Shown piece after piece: positions 49,935 to 59,691 of a stretch of 64,000 nucleotides of DNA. The translations under genes and the position numbers were made by a program. The notes below the pieces were generated by a model that ran no database searches, was not told where the DNA came from, and saw only the letters and a program-made list of their open reading frames with translations. Position 1 is the first letter of the stretch. Each line of letters opens with the position of its first letter. The stretch lies in NCBI GenBank assembly GCA_963837465.1, contig CAWINB010000001.1:11915-75914 (forward strand). Reading direction: 5' to 3'. The stretch comes from Candidatus Doudnabacteria bacterium (GTDB lineage: Bacteria; Patescibacteriota; Doudnabacteria; UBA920).

Positions 49935-50223
49935 TTTGCCGCCTTTTTTCCGGGCTTCACGGGAGCTTCATTCAACGGAAGTATAGTTTATTGGCGGGCT
50001 GGTGTTGCGTAGGTTTAATTTTGGCCGCCAAGCTGTCTGTCCTTAGAGACTGTCTGAAAAGATCCGTTTCTGCCGCGATTTCAGAATTTAGCGGCGAGAG
50101 GACTTTCCGGACAGCTTCTTAAATAATTGGTAAAAAGCGCGAATAACATGCCGGAACTAGTTGTTTACGGCGCCAGGGGATGAGACCTCGTAAAAATAAT
50201 TATCAGCACGGTTGATTTTTTAT

Positions 50224-50643
50224 ATGACGAAAAAGATTATAATTTCTTCGGCAGTTGCCATAATGATTTTAATCTACGCGGCCTGCCAGCACTACGGAGG
50301 TCATAAGGTTACCGCGCCAAATATAAGCCAAATTGAGCCGCGCCTGAATGTTGGTTATAAAGATGGCTCCTATAACGGGAGCGTTACGGACGCTTTTTAT
50401 GGCAATGTCCAAGTGCAGGTCGTCATTAGCAACGACAAGTTAACCGACGTGATTTTTTTGCAATATCCCAGTGACCGCTCAACTTCCAGAAGCATCAACA
50501 GCCAGGCCATGCCATATTTGCGACAGGAAGCCATTGCGGCTCAAACTGCCCAGGTGGACGTGGTCTCAGGCGCCACGCAAACCAGCCAAGCTTTTACTCG
50601 ATCGCTGGAGTCGGCATTGTCGCAAGCTCAAACCCAGGCATAA
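50224..50643 (+). CDS. FMN-binding domain protein.
   Basis: N-terminal TM, then VDVVSGATQTSQAFTRSLESAL characteristic of FMN_bind. Confidence 0.65.
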   Translation: MTKKIIISSAVAIMILIYAACQHYGGHKVTAPNISQIEPRLNVGYKDGSYNGSVTDAFYGNVQVQVVISNDKLTDVIFLQYPSDRSTSRSINSQAMPYLRQEAIAAQTAQVDVVSGATQTSQAFTRSLESALSQAQTQA

Positions 50644-50662
50644 ACTTATTACGCGGCGTTAC

Positions 50663-50684
50663 GCTTGACCCAATAAAATCGGCC
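50663..50684. repeat. Recurring motif GCTTGACCCAATAAAATCGGCC (copy 2 of 3).
   Basis: Shares the TTGACCCRATAAA core with copies 1 and 3. Followed by two aatcggccgcc direct repeats. Confidence 0.55.
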
Positions 50685-50781
50685 GCCCCAACGTGTTTTG
50701 TGGTTATTTGTAAATATAAGAATCGGCCGCCGATAAATTTTAGCCAAAACCGATTTTAAATAAAGTGGATATGGATAAAAT

Positions 50782-51588
50782 ATGAAAGAATTCAATGTTT
50801 TAAGCTGGAATGTGCAGGGTCAGCGGTACAGGGGAACAGCGCTGCCGTTTGAAAAAATACTGCCCGCTTTGTCCTCGAGTACGGCGGATATTATCTGCCT
50901 GCAGGAAATGCCGGATGCCAAAAGCAAGCTTTTGGGTCTTCCCGATTTCGATTCCTATCACACATTTATTTCCGAACTGAACAAGAACAGCGACCAAGGC
51001 ACCCACGGCTATAATCACAATGTTTTACTGAGCAAATATCCAATTATTACGGCCGGGGATTTGGTCTTTCCCAGGTTTTCCAAAAAGCTTTTGGCTTTTG
51101 AAAGCGCGGTCAGGGCCGATATTGAAATTATGGGCGTTGCGGTAAGATTATATATTTGCCATTTCATGGTCGGCGGGGCCGGAATGGTTGCCAGATTAAA
51201 GCAGATTGAGTTTATTCTTGCCGACGCGGCCGACTGCTTAAGCCCCGTTATTATTTGCGGCGACATGAACGTGGCCATGCCGGCAAACAGTCTGGTAAAA
51301 AAAATATTCAAGTGGTGGCACCGCTGGCCCGCCGAGGATATGCGTTTGGACGAGCGGAAGCTAAAGGTTTCGGAAAAACAGATTTTTCATGAGAAAGTCA
51401 CCAAATACGGATTTCGGGAAGCGCTGGACATTAATCTTCCCACTTGGTCCCCGTTCCGCGGCTACGGCTGGGAACTGTTTAAGCTGAAACTTGATTGGTT
51501 TTTGGTCAGAAATATTCAAACCGTGGAAGTTAAGCTCGGTGATTATATTTCCGACCATAGGTCCGTGTACGTACGTTGCCGGCTATGA
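50782..51588 (+). CDS. Endonuclease/exonuclease/phosphatase (EEP) family protein.
   Basis: NVLSWNVQG, ICLQEM, ...GDMN..., SDHRSV motifs of the EEP fold. Confidence 0.8.
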   Translation: MKEFNVLSWNVQGQRYRGTALPFEKILPALSSSTADIICLQEMPDAKSKLLGLPDFDSYHTFISELNKNSDQGTHGYNHNVLLSKYPIITAGDLVFPRFSKKLLAFESAVRADIEIMGVAVRLYICHFMVGGAGMVARLKQIEFILADAADCLSPVIICGDMNVAMPANSLVKKIFKWWHRWPAEDMRLDERKLKVSEKQIFHEKVTKYGFREALDINLPTWSPFRGYGWELFKLKLDWFLVRNIQTVEVKLGDYISDHRSVYVRCRL

Positions 51589-51795
51589 CAACAATATGAA
51601 TTTTCTCCAGCCTATATTGGGTTTTTTAAGTTTTTCCCGCTATGTCATATTGTCGCCGGCGTGACGCTTGGCTTACGCTATATAAATAAGTATCTGATAA
51701 AAAAGAATTAGACGGTTTTAAAATTATCAAAAGCGTTTTATTCGCGGGCGTAAGAGCGGGAGAAATTAAATAGCTTGCTGTTTAATTTCCGAGCC

Positions 51796-51912
51796 GAAGG
51801 AGTCTTAATACAGGTTCAATACCGCGGAGCTCCGCTCCGAAATGATAGCCGCTCCCGCGTTAATACCTCGTCAGCTCTGCCGCGGGGAACCTTTATTTAT
51901 TGGGGTTTTAGG
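51796..51912 (+). ncRNA. Structured noncoding element, copy A (longer form with an extra internal hairpin). Function unknown.
   Basis: AAGGAGTCTTAATACAGGTTCAATA...TCAGCTCTGCCGCGGGGAACCTTTATTTATTGGGGTTTTAGG. Conserved pairing AGGTTC/GAACCT. Aligns to 53595-53660. Confidence 0.4.
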
Positions 51913-52289
51913 AGTTTTGAAACCGTCACAATCACTGTATTAGTTAAGGGGTTAATTAACTGTTTAACCATCCATATTATCCGCAAACGGCCCGGAAAGA
52001 GCGCTAGAAGTGGATAACTAATCAGCCAGCTATATACAGGAGTTGCAATGGAGAGTAGGCTTAAGTTGTGTCAGTAAATCTGTAAAAGGCCTAAGTCCCA
52101 TGATCGGCTAAGTTAAGGCAGGGCTTACTTTTTCATCCTTGGTGTCATCCAAAACGACCCGTAAAAGCGTTTTAGGATGAGCCCGGGCCGGAAGGCGGTG
52201 GAATCCCGCTCCGGCCTGTTTGAGTTTCCCCGGATAGTTTTTGGGCCGGGATGATTCTTTGCGGCATTAATAATTGTAATAGAAACTTT

Positions 52290-52595
52290 ATGCTTACCGA
52301 CAAGCAAATCACAAAAATCCGCGGAGCCTTTAACGGCACAGACCAGAGAGTGATTTTTAAAATACTCGGCGACACCAACCGCTACCGCATTTTTGAGATG
52401 CTGGGCGGACAGCCGCGGATTTCCGTCAGCGATATTGCCAAAATTCTTAAAATATCAATTCCGCTGGCGTCCCAGCACCTTAAAATTTTGGAACAGGCAA
52501 AAATTCTGGAAAAGGAAAAGATCGGCCAAAAAGTCTACTACAAACTCAGGGCCGATAACCGGATTGCCAGGTCTATTTCGGAAGGTGTTCTTTAA
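52290..52595 (+). CDS. ArsR/SmtB-family transcriptional regulator.
   Basis: FKILGDTNRYRIFEMLGGQPRISVSDIAKILKISIPLASQHLKILEQAKIL winged HTH. Confidence 0.75.
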   Translation: MLTDKQITKIRGAFNGTDQRVIFKILGDTNRYRIFEMLGGQPRISVSDIAKILKISIPLASQHLKILEQAKILEKEKIGQKVYYKLRADNRIARSISEGVL

Positions 52596-52941
52596 AGCCC
52601 GGTTAAAAAAATAATTTATCATTAAAGTCAGTAAGAAGCCGTTTAAAAAGTCATTTGGGCTGCGATTTCAGAATGTTTGGCGTCTTGCCCGGAAAAATTT
52701 TCTCCGCTCAGCTTTGGTTAAGCGTCAAAAATTGTTTCTGCCAATCCGCGCGAAATTCCGCAATTCCGCCTGCGAAGCGCTTTTTAAAATATCTTCTGAA
52801 AAAACAATATGGACTCATATAACTCACCCAGCACCAAACCTCTGTACCGCGGAACTCAAATTGTTTGGTATATCACCGGCCTTCTTGAAGCGCTTTTGGC
52901 CTTTCGTGCGGATAATATTAAGCGGCGGTTATAAAACCATA

Positions 52942-52963
52942 GTTTGACCCGATAAAATCAGCG
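52942..52963. repeat. Recurring motif GTTTGACCCGATAAAATCAGCG (copy 3 of 3).
   Basis: Same core as copies 1 and 2. ~75 nt upstream of the GlsB/YeaQ gene. Confidence 0.55.
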
Positions 52964-53038
52964 TATGACTTTAACGAAAACTTTTACTTTAATGATAATT
53001 AAACTTGCCAAACATAACGGCAAAATATGGGAGAATAA

Positions 53039-53281
53039 ATGGGAATAATACTTTGGATTATTTTTGGGGCTTTGGTAGGATGGATTGCCTCGTCAATTAT
53101 GAGGACCAACGATGGCTTGTTAATGAATATTGTCATCGGGATTGTAGGCGCCGTAATCGGCGGCTGGCTTATGAGTTTTTTCGGGCAAAACGGCATAACC
53201 GGTTTTAACCTTTACAGTTTTTTGGTCGCGCTGGTGGGCGCGGTGGTGCTGATTATGATAGTGCGGTTTTTACGCCGATGA
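53039..53281 (+). CDS. GlsB/YeaQ/YmgE-family (transglycosylase-associated) small membrane protein.
   Basis: MGIILWIIFGALVGWIASSIM...IVIGIVGAVIGGWL pattern. Confidence 0.8.
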   Translation: MGIILWIIFGALVGWIASSIMRTNDGLLMNIVIGIVGAVIGGWLMSFFGQNGITGFNLYSFLVALVGAVVLIMIVRFLRR

Positions 53282-53302
53282 CATAATAAACGTATTTTAA
53301 AA

Positions 53303-53521
53303 ATGAACAAAGACGAGGTAATAATTTTAGCCAGGGAATTGTTTAAAATCAGGATAAGCTCTTCCAACGAAGGCTTGGCCCAGGACGACGGAGTCCATAA
53401 AATGAAAATTAAGGGCATTACTTCCTATGATTTTAGCGTAATTGAAAAATGGTACATGGAAGCCATAAAAACCGCGGAAATTATTATCGTGCTCGAAGAT
53501 CAGTACTTAAATGGGAATTGA
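53303..53521 (+). CDS. Hypothetical small protein.
   Basis: 72-aa ORF, no recognisable motif. Confidence 0.3.
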   Translation: MNKDEVIILARELFKIRISSSNEGLAQDDGVHKMKIKGITSYDFSVIEKWYMEAIKTAEIIIVLEDQYLNGN

Positions 53522-53594
53522 CACCCTGTGTTTAACTGTTTGTGTTTATTAGCTAAGTAGGCGAGCCTGTCCGGCTGGAGCAGCAAGCGAGTCC

Positions 53595-53660
53595 AAGGAG
53601 TCTAACGCAGGTTAAATAAGTCCTCAGGTCTGCTGCGAGGAACCTTTATCGGCGTTTTAG
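53595..53660 (+). ncRNA. Structured noncoding element, copy B (short form), ~85 nt upstream of the cyclase-family gene.
   Basis: CAAGGAGTCTAACGCAGGTTAAATAAGTCCTCAGGTCTGCTGCGAGGAACCTTTATCGGCGTTTTAG aligns to copy A with AGGTT/AACCT pairing retained. Confidence 0.4.
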
Positions 53661-53745
53661 TTTCCAAAAAATTCTGCTATGCTAAAAGCATAATAATAAT
53701 AGCTGCCCCGGTTTTTTACGGTTTTTCTGGGAATGAAAAGGGGAT

Positions 53746-54438
53746 ATGGCCTATTCCATGAATAAAGAATATAAAATTATCGACCTGACCCACTCGCTTT
53801 CCAGCGATATTCCCTCGTGGGATGATGGTTCCAGCTTTGAGCTATCTATCTCTACTGATTACACAGATTGCGCTCCGCCACATTTATTCCGGATGCAGAA
53901 GATAAAATCCTCCGCCAGCATGGGTACTCATATGGATTCACCGTCGCACGTAATTCCGGGAGGTAGAACAATAGACCAACTTAATTTAGAGGAACTTGTC
54001 GTTGACTGCGTTGTTGTTGATGTCAGTCAGCAAGTGGATGAGAATTATTTGGTCATGCCGGAAGTTTTAGAAAAGTTTGAAAAACAGTATGGAAAAATAC
54101 AGGCAGCTTCTTTCGTAATTTTTTATACCGGCTGGGATAAGCGCTGGCACAAACCAGCGGAGTATCGTAATAATTACAAATTTCCCAGTGTGGACATCTC
54201 CACGGCGGAAATTCTTGTTCAGAGAAATATCGCGGGTTTGGGTACCGACACTTTATCGTCCGACACAGGCCAAGCCGGTTTTCCAGCGCGCCGAGCCATT
54301 CTAGGAGCCAATAAATATCTTGTGGAAAACATCGCTAACGCTAACTTGCTGCCCCCAACCGGATCTAAAATTTTTATTCTGCCCACAAAAATAAAAAACG
54401 CCACGGAAGCCCCGGTTCGCTTAATCGCTTTGATATAA
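53746..54438 (+). CDS. Cyclase-family protein (kynurenine formamidase/arylformamidase-like).
   Basis: IIDLTHSL...MGTHMDSPSHV...D conserved His/Asp pattern of the cyclase family. Confidence 0.8.
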   Translation: MAYSMNKEYKIIDLTHSLSSDIPSWDDGSSFELSISTDYTDCAPPHLFRMQKIKSSASMGTHMDSPSHVIPGGRTIDQLNLEELVVDCVVVDVSQQVDENYLVMPEVLEKFEKQYGKIQAASFVIFYTGWDKRWHKPAEYRNNYKFPSVDISTAEILVQRNIAGLGTDTLSSDTGQAGFPARRAILGANKYLVENIANANLLPPTGSKIFILPTKIKNATEAPVRLIALI

Positions 54439-54530
54439 CCGTTTTCCAACCGTTGTTCATTTGTTTTTCCACTCTATCTTCATCCGTTTCCAAAATTTTG
54501 CCCCTTATTTTTAAAATACGTCTCTATATA

Positions 54531-54567
54531 AAACCCCCTTTAAGGGAGCTTTCAAGGGGGTTTTATA
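54531..54567. terminator. Bidirectional rho-independent terminator between convergent genes.
   Basis: aaaccccctttaagggagctttcaagggggtttt. Confidence 0.55.
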
Positions 54568-54598
54568 GAATTATTTTTGGGATAATGTAAAACAAAAA

Positions 54599-57500
54599 TT
54601 ATATCTTCGTCTTTGACCTGTAAAATAAAGTCGGCAGCAATACCAGCGTCAGCAGCAGGGCAAAGGCCAGGCCGAACATAACGGTAAAGGCCAGAGGCGC
54701 GAATGTGCCGCCTTCCAGTTCCAGAGGAACCATACCGATTACGGTGGTGATGGTGGTCAGCAAAATCGGACGCAATCTTCCCAATGCCGCCTCCAGGGTA
54801 ATATCCATTTTGGATTTCTCGGGTTCCGCCTCCCTTTTATGGACCAGGGAATCCGTAAGAATAATCGCGTGGTTAACTATAACCCCTCCTAAGGCGATAA
54901 ATCCCAGGAAAACGGGGAATGATAAAGTTTGTCCGGTCAGGGTCAATCCGCACAAAACCCCGATTAAAGACAGCGGCACAATAAACAGAAGATGCAAAGT
55001 GTCGTGCAGCGAATTGAAAGCCAGAACCAGAATCATAAACATCATTAAGAATCCGATAAGCAGGCAAAAAAACAACTGGCCAAATGACTGGCTGATGGCC
55101 TGCTGGTCGCCGCCGTAAGTTACAAAAACACCGGTCGGCAAATTAAGCTGCTTAAGCTTTTTCTGAAAATTGGCCACAATCACGCTGGGCGTTCCGTTGC
55201 CGACGGGGTAAGCCGAAATCGTTTCAATGCGTTGTTCGTTAAGATGCGATATCGTAGCGTTGCTGCTGTCCAGGGAACTGGTCAGAATTGAACCCAAAAG
55301 TACCGGCCCATTGGGAGTCTGGATGGACAGGTCCTCTATGCTGTCCAGCGTGGTGGCGGAAGTATCCGCGGGATCGGTAAAGTTTTCGTTTAAATTAAGT
55401 TTGACCACCACATTAATATTCTGCAAAGGCTCTTCAATCGTAGTGGCTATGGTCCCATTAATAGCGGCGCGCAAAGTTTCCGCCACCTCCTGCGCGGTCA
55501 GCCCCAAAGCCGTGGCTTTGGCGCGGTCTATGGAAAGCACGAACTCGGTGCCGTTGTTTTTGGTGGTGGTGGTAATATTGGAGGCGCCTGGGATGGTAGA
55601 CAGCAGTTGGGCTCCGGCATCCGCGGCCGTTACCAAATCGTTAAGATTGTTGCCGGTAAACTGAATCTGAATCGGAGCTCCACTGCCCGGCCCGCTGGTA
55701 GGTTGCAATACTTGAATAGAGGCGTCTTTTACCGGCGATAAAAGCCGTTCCAGTTCCGCCTGAACCTGGAAGCTGGTTTTTTTGTGGCCCGGCTGCAAGT
55801 TGACGGTAATGTTGGCGTAATTGCTGGAAGCGGAGCCGCTGCCGCTGAAGGCCGAGGTGGCGCCGACCGTGGTAACAAACGAAGCTGTGTCGGGATCGGT
55901 ATATAAAATTTCTTCCACTTCGCGGGCTGTTAAATCGGTTTGGTCGAGCGTTGTGCCCGGCGGCTTTTGGATATCGACATAAACATAGTCCTGGTTGGTT
56001 TGGGGGAAAAAACTGGTTTGAATAAGGCCTTTAAAAGGCAGCGCCAGGGCTATAACAAACAAGACGCACAGAGCCGCGAGAAAAATATTTTGGGCGGTCC
56101 TGTTTTTCAGAAACGCGCGTAGATGTTTTATGTACCAGGCGCGTGCGTTATCCGTAAACTCTTCCTGCTTTTTTTCCAGACGGTTGCGTTCCAGGTTGGT
56201 AAAAGCAATGGCAACCAGGGGCACAACAGCCAGCGCCACAAAGATGGACGCGATCAGCACAATAATAATGGTCACGGGCACATTGGATATGAACCTGCCC
56301 GTTGTGCCGGTCAGGTATATCAACGGAATAAACACCGCGATGGTTGAAGCGGTGCCCGCGATTAATGGCCAAGCATATTCTTTTAAAGAAGCCCGGGCGG
56401 CATCAAGCGTGTTGCCGTAAATTTTCATGCGGGCGTGGATGGCCTCGGTGACCACAATGCCGGAATCCACCAAAATACCTACGCCTAAAATCAGCGCGAA
56501 CAGGCTAATGAGATTCAGGGTGTTGCCGGTTTCGTAAAGGCCGATAAAGGCAATCAAAAACGACAACGGTATGGACAGAGCCGCTACAATGGATTCACGC
56601 CAGCCGATGGTTAAAAACAGCACGGCAATTATCAAAATAATCGTTTCCAAACCGGTGCGCACCAGTTCGCCCAGCTGTTCGGAAACCTGGAACCCCTGGT
56701 CGGTAGATGGAGGTACCAGTACCGTAAGTCCCTGCAGGCTTGTTTGGCTGAGGCTGCTTAGTTCGGCCTTTACGCCATTGGTCACCTGGGTCACATTGGC
56801 TCCCGTTTGCTCGTAAACCAAAAGCGTCATGGACTGGTTTGCCGGCTGGCCGCCGACGGATGCCCGCGAATAGGTAGTTGCCGGCGCCAAGCCGTCCGAT
56901 ATCAGCGCTATGTCCCGCAGATAAACAGTAGCGCCGTGGTTGTTGGCTATGGCAATGTCGCCAAGGTCGGAAGGGTCCGCTATGTTGCCCTGAAAATCAA
57001 CGTCATAATTGACGCCGTTTATGGTAATGTTGCCTGCCGGCAGAGAAGCGTTGCTGTTGGCAATAGCCGTGATAACATCCGTTAAACGCAGGCCCTGCGC
57101 CGCGAGCTTATCTTTATTTACCACAACATCAACTTCACGGATCGGGATTCCGGATACGTTTACTTCGGAAACGCCCGGCACGCTTTCAAGGTCATTGGTC
57201 AGAGTCTGGCCAAGGTCGGAAAATTCCGTTTGCGGCAAATCCCCGGAAATTGAAACCGAGATTACCGGCCGGTTATTGTAGTTGACTTGCGAGACCACTG
57301 GAGTGTTGGCCTGGGAAGGCAGCTGGGAAATGGTTTTGGAAACGGCGTCGCGGAGGTTCTGAAGCGCCTGGTCAATATCGGCATTGGCGTCAAACTGCAC
57401 TCTTATGGAAGAGACTCCTTCCTGGGAATTGGATGTCAGCGTATCAATGTCGCCGATGTTGACGATTTGTTCTTCCAGCGGGTTGGTAATCAACGATTCC

Positions 57501-57679
57501 ACGTCCTCGGCCGAAGCTCCGGGGAAAGTTGTGGTTACCGTGCCTACGGGAATATTAATGGCAGGCTCGGCCTCTTTTGGGATTTGATAGACGCAGTAAA
57601 ACCCGAACAGTACCAAAACAAGGACTAAAATTGTGCTGAATTCTCTTTTTCTGAGAAAAAAATTCCAAAATGGGTACAT
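54599..57679 (-). CDS. RND-family efflux transporter permease (AcrB/HAE-type).
   Basis: 1026 aa, 12 TM segments with two large periplasmic loops, conserved TM4/TM10 regions. Confidence 0.9.
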   Translation of the reverse strand: MYPFWNFFLRKREFSTILVLVLVLFGFYCVYQIPKEAEPAINIPVGTVTTTFPGASAEDVESLITNPLEEQIVNIGDIDTLTSNSQEGVSSIRVQFDANADIDQALQNLRDAVSKTISQLPSQANTPVVSQVNYNNRPVISVSISGDLPQTEFSDLGQTLTNDLESVPGVSEVNVSGIPIREVDVVVNKDKLAAQGLRLTDVITAIANSNASLPAGNITINGVNYDVDFQGNIADPSDLGDIAIANNHGATVYLRDIALISDGLAPATTYSRASVGGQPANQSMTLLVYEQTGANVTQVTNGVKAELSSLSQTSLQGLTVLVPPSTDQGFQVSEQLGELVRTGLETIILIIAVLFLTIGWRESIVAALSIPLSFLIAFIGLYETGNTLNLISLFALILGVGILVDSGIVVTEAIHARMKIYGNTLDAARASLKEYAWPLIAGTASTIAVFIPLIYLTGTTGRFISNVPVTIIIVLIASIFVALAVVPLVAIAFTNLERNRLEKKQEEFTDNARAWYIKHLRAFLKNRTAQNIFLAALCVLFVIALALPFKGLIQTSFFPQTNQDYVYVDIQKPPGTTLDQTDLTAREVEEILYTDPDTASFVTTVGATSAFSGSGSASSNYANITVNLQPGHKKTSFQVQAELERLLSPVKDASIQVLQPTSGPGSGAPIQIQFTGNNLNDLVTAADAGAQLLSTIPGASNITTTTKNNGTEFVLSIDRAKATALGLTAQEVAETLRAAINGTIATTIEEPLQNINVVVKLNLNENFTDPADTSATTLDSIEDLSIQTPNGPVLLGSILTSSLDSSNATISHLNEQRIETISAYPVGNGTPSVIVANFQKKLKQLNLPTGVFVTYGGDQQAISQSFGQLFFCLLIGFLMMFMILVLAFNSLHDTLHLLFIVPLSLIGVLCGLTLTGQTLSFPVFLGFIALGGVIVNHAIILTDSLVHKREAEPEKSKMDITLEAALGRLRPILLTTITTVIGMVPLELEGGTFAPLAFTVMFGLAFALLLTLVLLPTLFYRSKTKI

Positions 57680-57908
57680 GGATGGGATTAGAAAATTTTA
57701 GGATTTCCGCACCTGACTGTTTGACTGCAGGCTAGAAGTAGCCGGATAAATTTGTTTTGACTCACGTCTTGCCCCGCGTGGGTTTAACTACTATCTACAT
57801 TATTACCAGGCAAGGCGAAGGCAAAAAAATTTTCCAGCTGCCTCTGGCCTTGAATGTGGCCGGTAGATTTTAATTATTTTTCAGATAGGTTCTCGTTAGC
57901 CCTGCCTG

Positions 57909-59426
57909 TTATTGCTTAACGCTAACCTTTTCTCCGCTAGTCAGCCCACGGGCATCGGTCACTATAACCATATTTGGAGACAGGCCGCTTAAAACAATAA
58001 TATTGTCGCCGAGAATGGATCCAATTTGAACGGAGTGAGAGACCAGAGTTTTTGTGGCGCTGTCCACGGTAAAGACTACCGGGCCGGAGGGGGTAATTTT
58101 TAAAGCCACGATGGGGATGGTGTTGGAGCCGGTGGTGGAAATGTCCCGGGCAGGCGAAATTTCCGTCCTGGTTAAATCAACTGTCACGGAATCGCCGTCG
58201 GTTAGACCCGATCCATCCGGCAGCCCTACTTCCACCTCAATAGCGCCTGTTTTTGGATCTATAGTTTGTGTAACCTGGGTTAAACTGCCGGATATGGTAT
58301 TGTTTACCGTGGCTTTGTTGCCTACGGCAATGGTTTGGGCATCATCCGGAGTTACGTAAGCCACTACTTTAAGCGCCTTGGGATTGGAAACTTCCGCCAC
58401 TTCGGCCGAAGATGATATGTAATCGCCGCCGGTTACGGGCAGGTTAATAATGGTTCCTGAAATCGGACTTGTTATTATGGTTTTTTCCAAAGCCGATTTT
58501 GCCACGTCAAGAGCGCCGAGTGATTCTTCGGCATTGGCCTGGGCCTGAAGCAGCGCTGCGTTGGCGCTGGAAACCTGCGACTGGGACGCGCTTATTTGAG
58601 CGTCGCTGGTTTTTAAAGCCGTCTGGTAAGCGTTGGAGTTTGCCACGTAAACGGCCGCGGAAGTGTTGGGGATGTTTACGGTCCAGGTGTCGGAGGGCGA
58701 TACATTCATACTGCTAAACTGGATAAACAAACCGTTGCTTCCCAAAGCTACCGGCTGAGTTTTAACTTCGCCGGTGGCTTTTTCCAATCCCTGGGTCTGG
58801 AACTCCAAACCATTGCCCGTACTGTACAGGCTGATATTATAAAACCCATCATCCGTGCCGGTATAGGTGCCGCTAATGGTAGCTGTAACGTTATCGTTGC
58901 TCGGGCCGGGAATGGCCGCGATGGAACCGTTTAACAATGTAGTGCTGGCGTTTTGGACCGCGGTCATCTGTTGGGCTTGGGTATTGTTTAAGGCCGCGTT
59001 GGCATTGTTTAAGCTAACCTGCGAAGCGGCCACGGCCGCCTGGGCCGCCGCGTAAGCTCCCCGCGCTTGCGATACCGAGGCCTGCTCGCTGCTGTTTTCC
59101 AGGGTCGCGATAACTTCACCGGCGGAAACATAATCACCCAGCTGTTTGTTCAGGGTCACTATTTCACCCGAGTCCTGGGAAAGAATTGTGGCATCGTCCT
59201 GGGAAGTCACGGTTCCAATGACCGAAAGAGGCGCGTTCCCCGGGGAAAGGCTGCCGACGGCGGCGACGCTAACCTGCTCCGACGCGGGCCGGGCCGCCTT
59301 GGCTACCGGCTGTTTTTTACGCGTTAAAAAATAACCGGCGGCGCCACCTATTATTAATATAATAATTACTACTATTAAAAGTCTCCGCGGCCAGCGTTTT
59401 TTTGAATCAGCCGAAGTTGTTTTCAT
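57909..59426 (-). CDS. Efflux RND periplasmic adaptor (HlyD/membrane-fusion family) with an expanded Ser/Ala/Asn/Gln-rich central region.
   Basis: N-terminal TM anchor, biotinyl/lipoyl-like hairpin segments (GDYVSAGEVIATLE ... SPISGTIINLPV), C-terminal beta-barrel. Directly upstream of the RND permease. Confidence 0.7.
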   Translation of the reverse strand: MKTTSADSKKRWPRRLLIVVIIILIIGGAAGYFLTRKKQPVAKAARPASEQVSVAAVGSLSPGNAPLSVIGTVTSQDDATILSQDSGEIVTLNKQLGDYVSAGEVIATLENSSEQASVSQARGAYAAAQAAVAASQVSLNNANAALNNTQAQQMTAVQNASTTLLNGSIAAIPGPSNDNVTATISGTYTGTDDGFYNISLYSTGNGLEFQTQGLEKATGEVKTQPVALGSNGLFIQFSSMNVSPSDTWTVNIPNTSAAVYVANSNAYQTALKTSDAQISASQSQVSSANAALLQAQANAEESLGALDVAKSALEKTIITSPISGTIINLPVTGGDYISSSAEVAEVSNPKALKVVAYVTPDDAQTIAVGNKATVNNTISGSLTQVTQTIDPKTGAIEVEVGLPDGSGLTDGDSVTVDLTRTEISPARDISTTGSNTIPIVALKITPSGPVVFTVDSATKTLVSHSVQIGSILGDNIIVLSGLSPNMVIVTDARGLTSGEKVSVKQ

Positions 59427-59691
59427 ATTCTGTGTTTAATTGTCGATTGTATAAAATTCAGACACGTTATAATTATACAGCATTTGTTCTTATGCTAGGC
59501 CGTATACTTGTGGAAATTAAGGCAACCTCCCATAACTTTGAAAAAAATTAAAAACCAAACTTTAAACATTATACGAGCCTCCCCTTAAATTTGGCGCATA
59601 TAAACTTGGTTTAAAGTTCGCCCCCGAAAATTTATTGACAAACTATACTGGTTGTGTTCTAAGCGATTATTGTATAATATTATGGAAACCA

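Noticed and set aside
51600-52250. RNase P RNA, tmRNA, SRP RNA or 6S RNA in the 650-bp gene-free region
   Set aside because: I looked for RNase P P4 (AGGAAAGTCCGGGCTCC, ACAGAA..CCGGCTTA), the tmRNA tRNA-like 3' end with a TTCGA T-loop, and the SRP GGAAG..AGCAGC domain IV. None is present on either strand. This is left as an unclassified structured region.
52714-52947. 77-aa ORF
   Set aside because: It lies in a regulatory-looking intergenic region and ends on the recurring TTTGACCC motif. No coding signal or homolog-like pattern is present.
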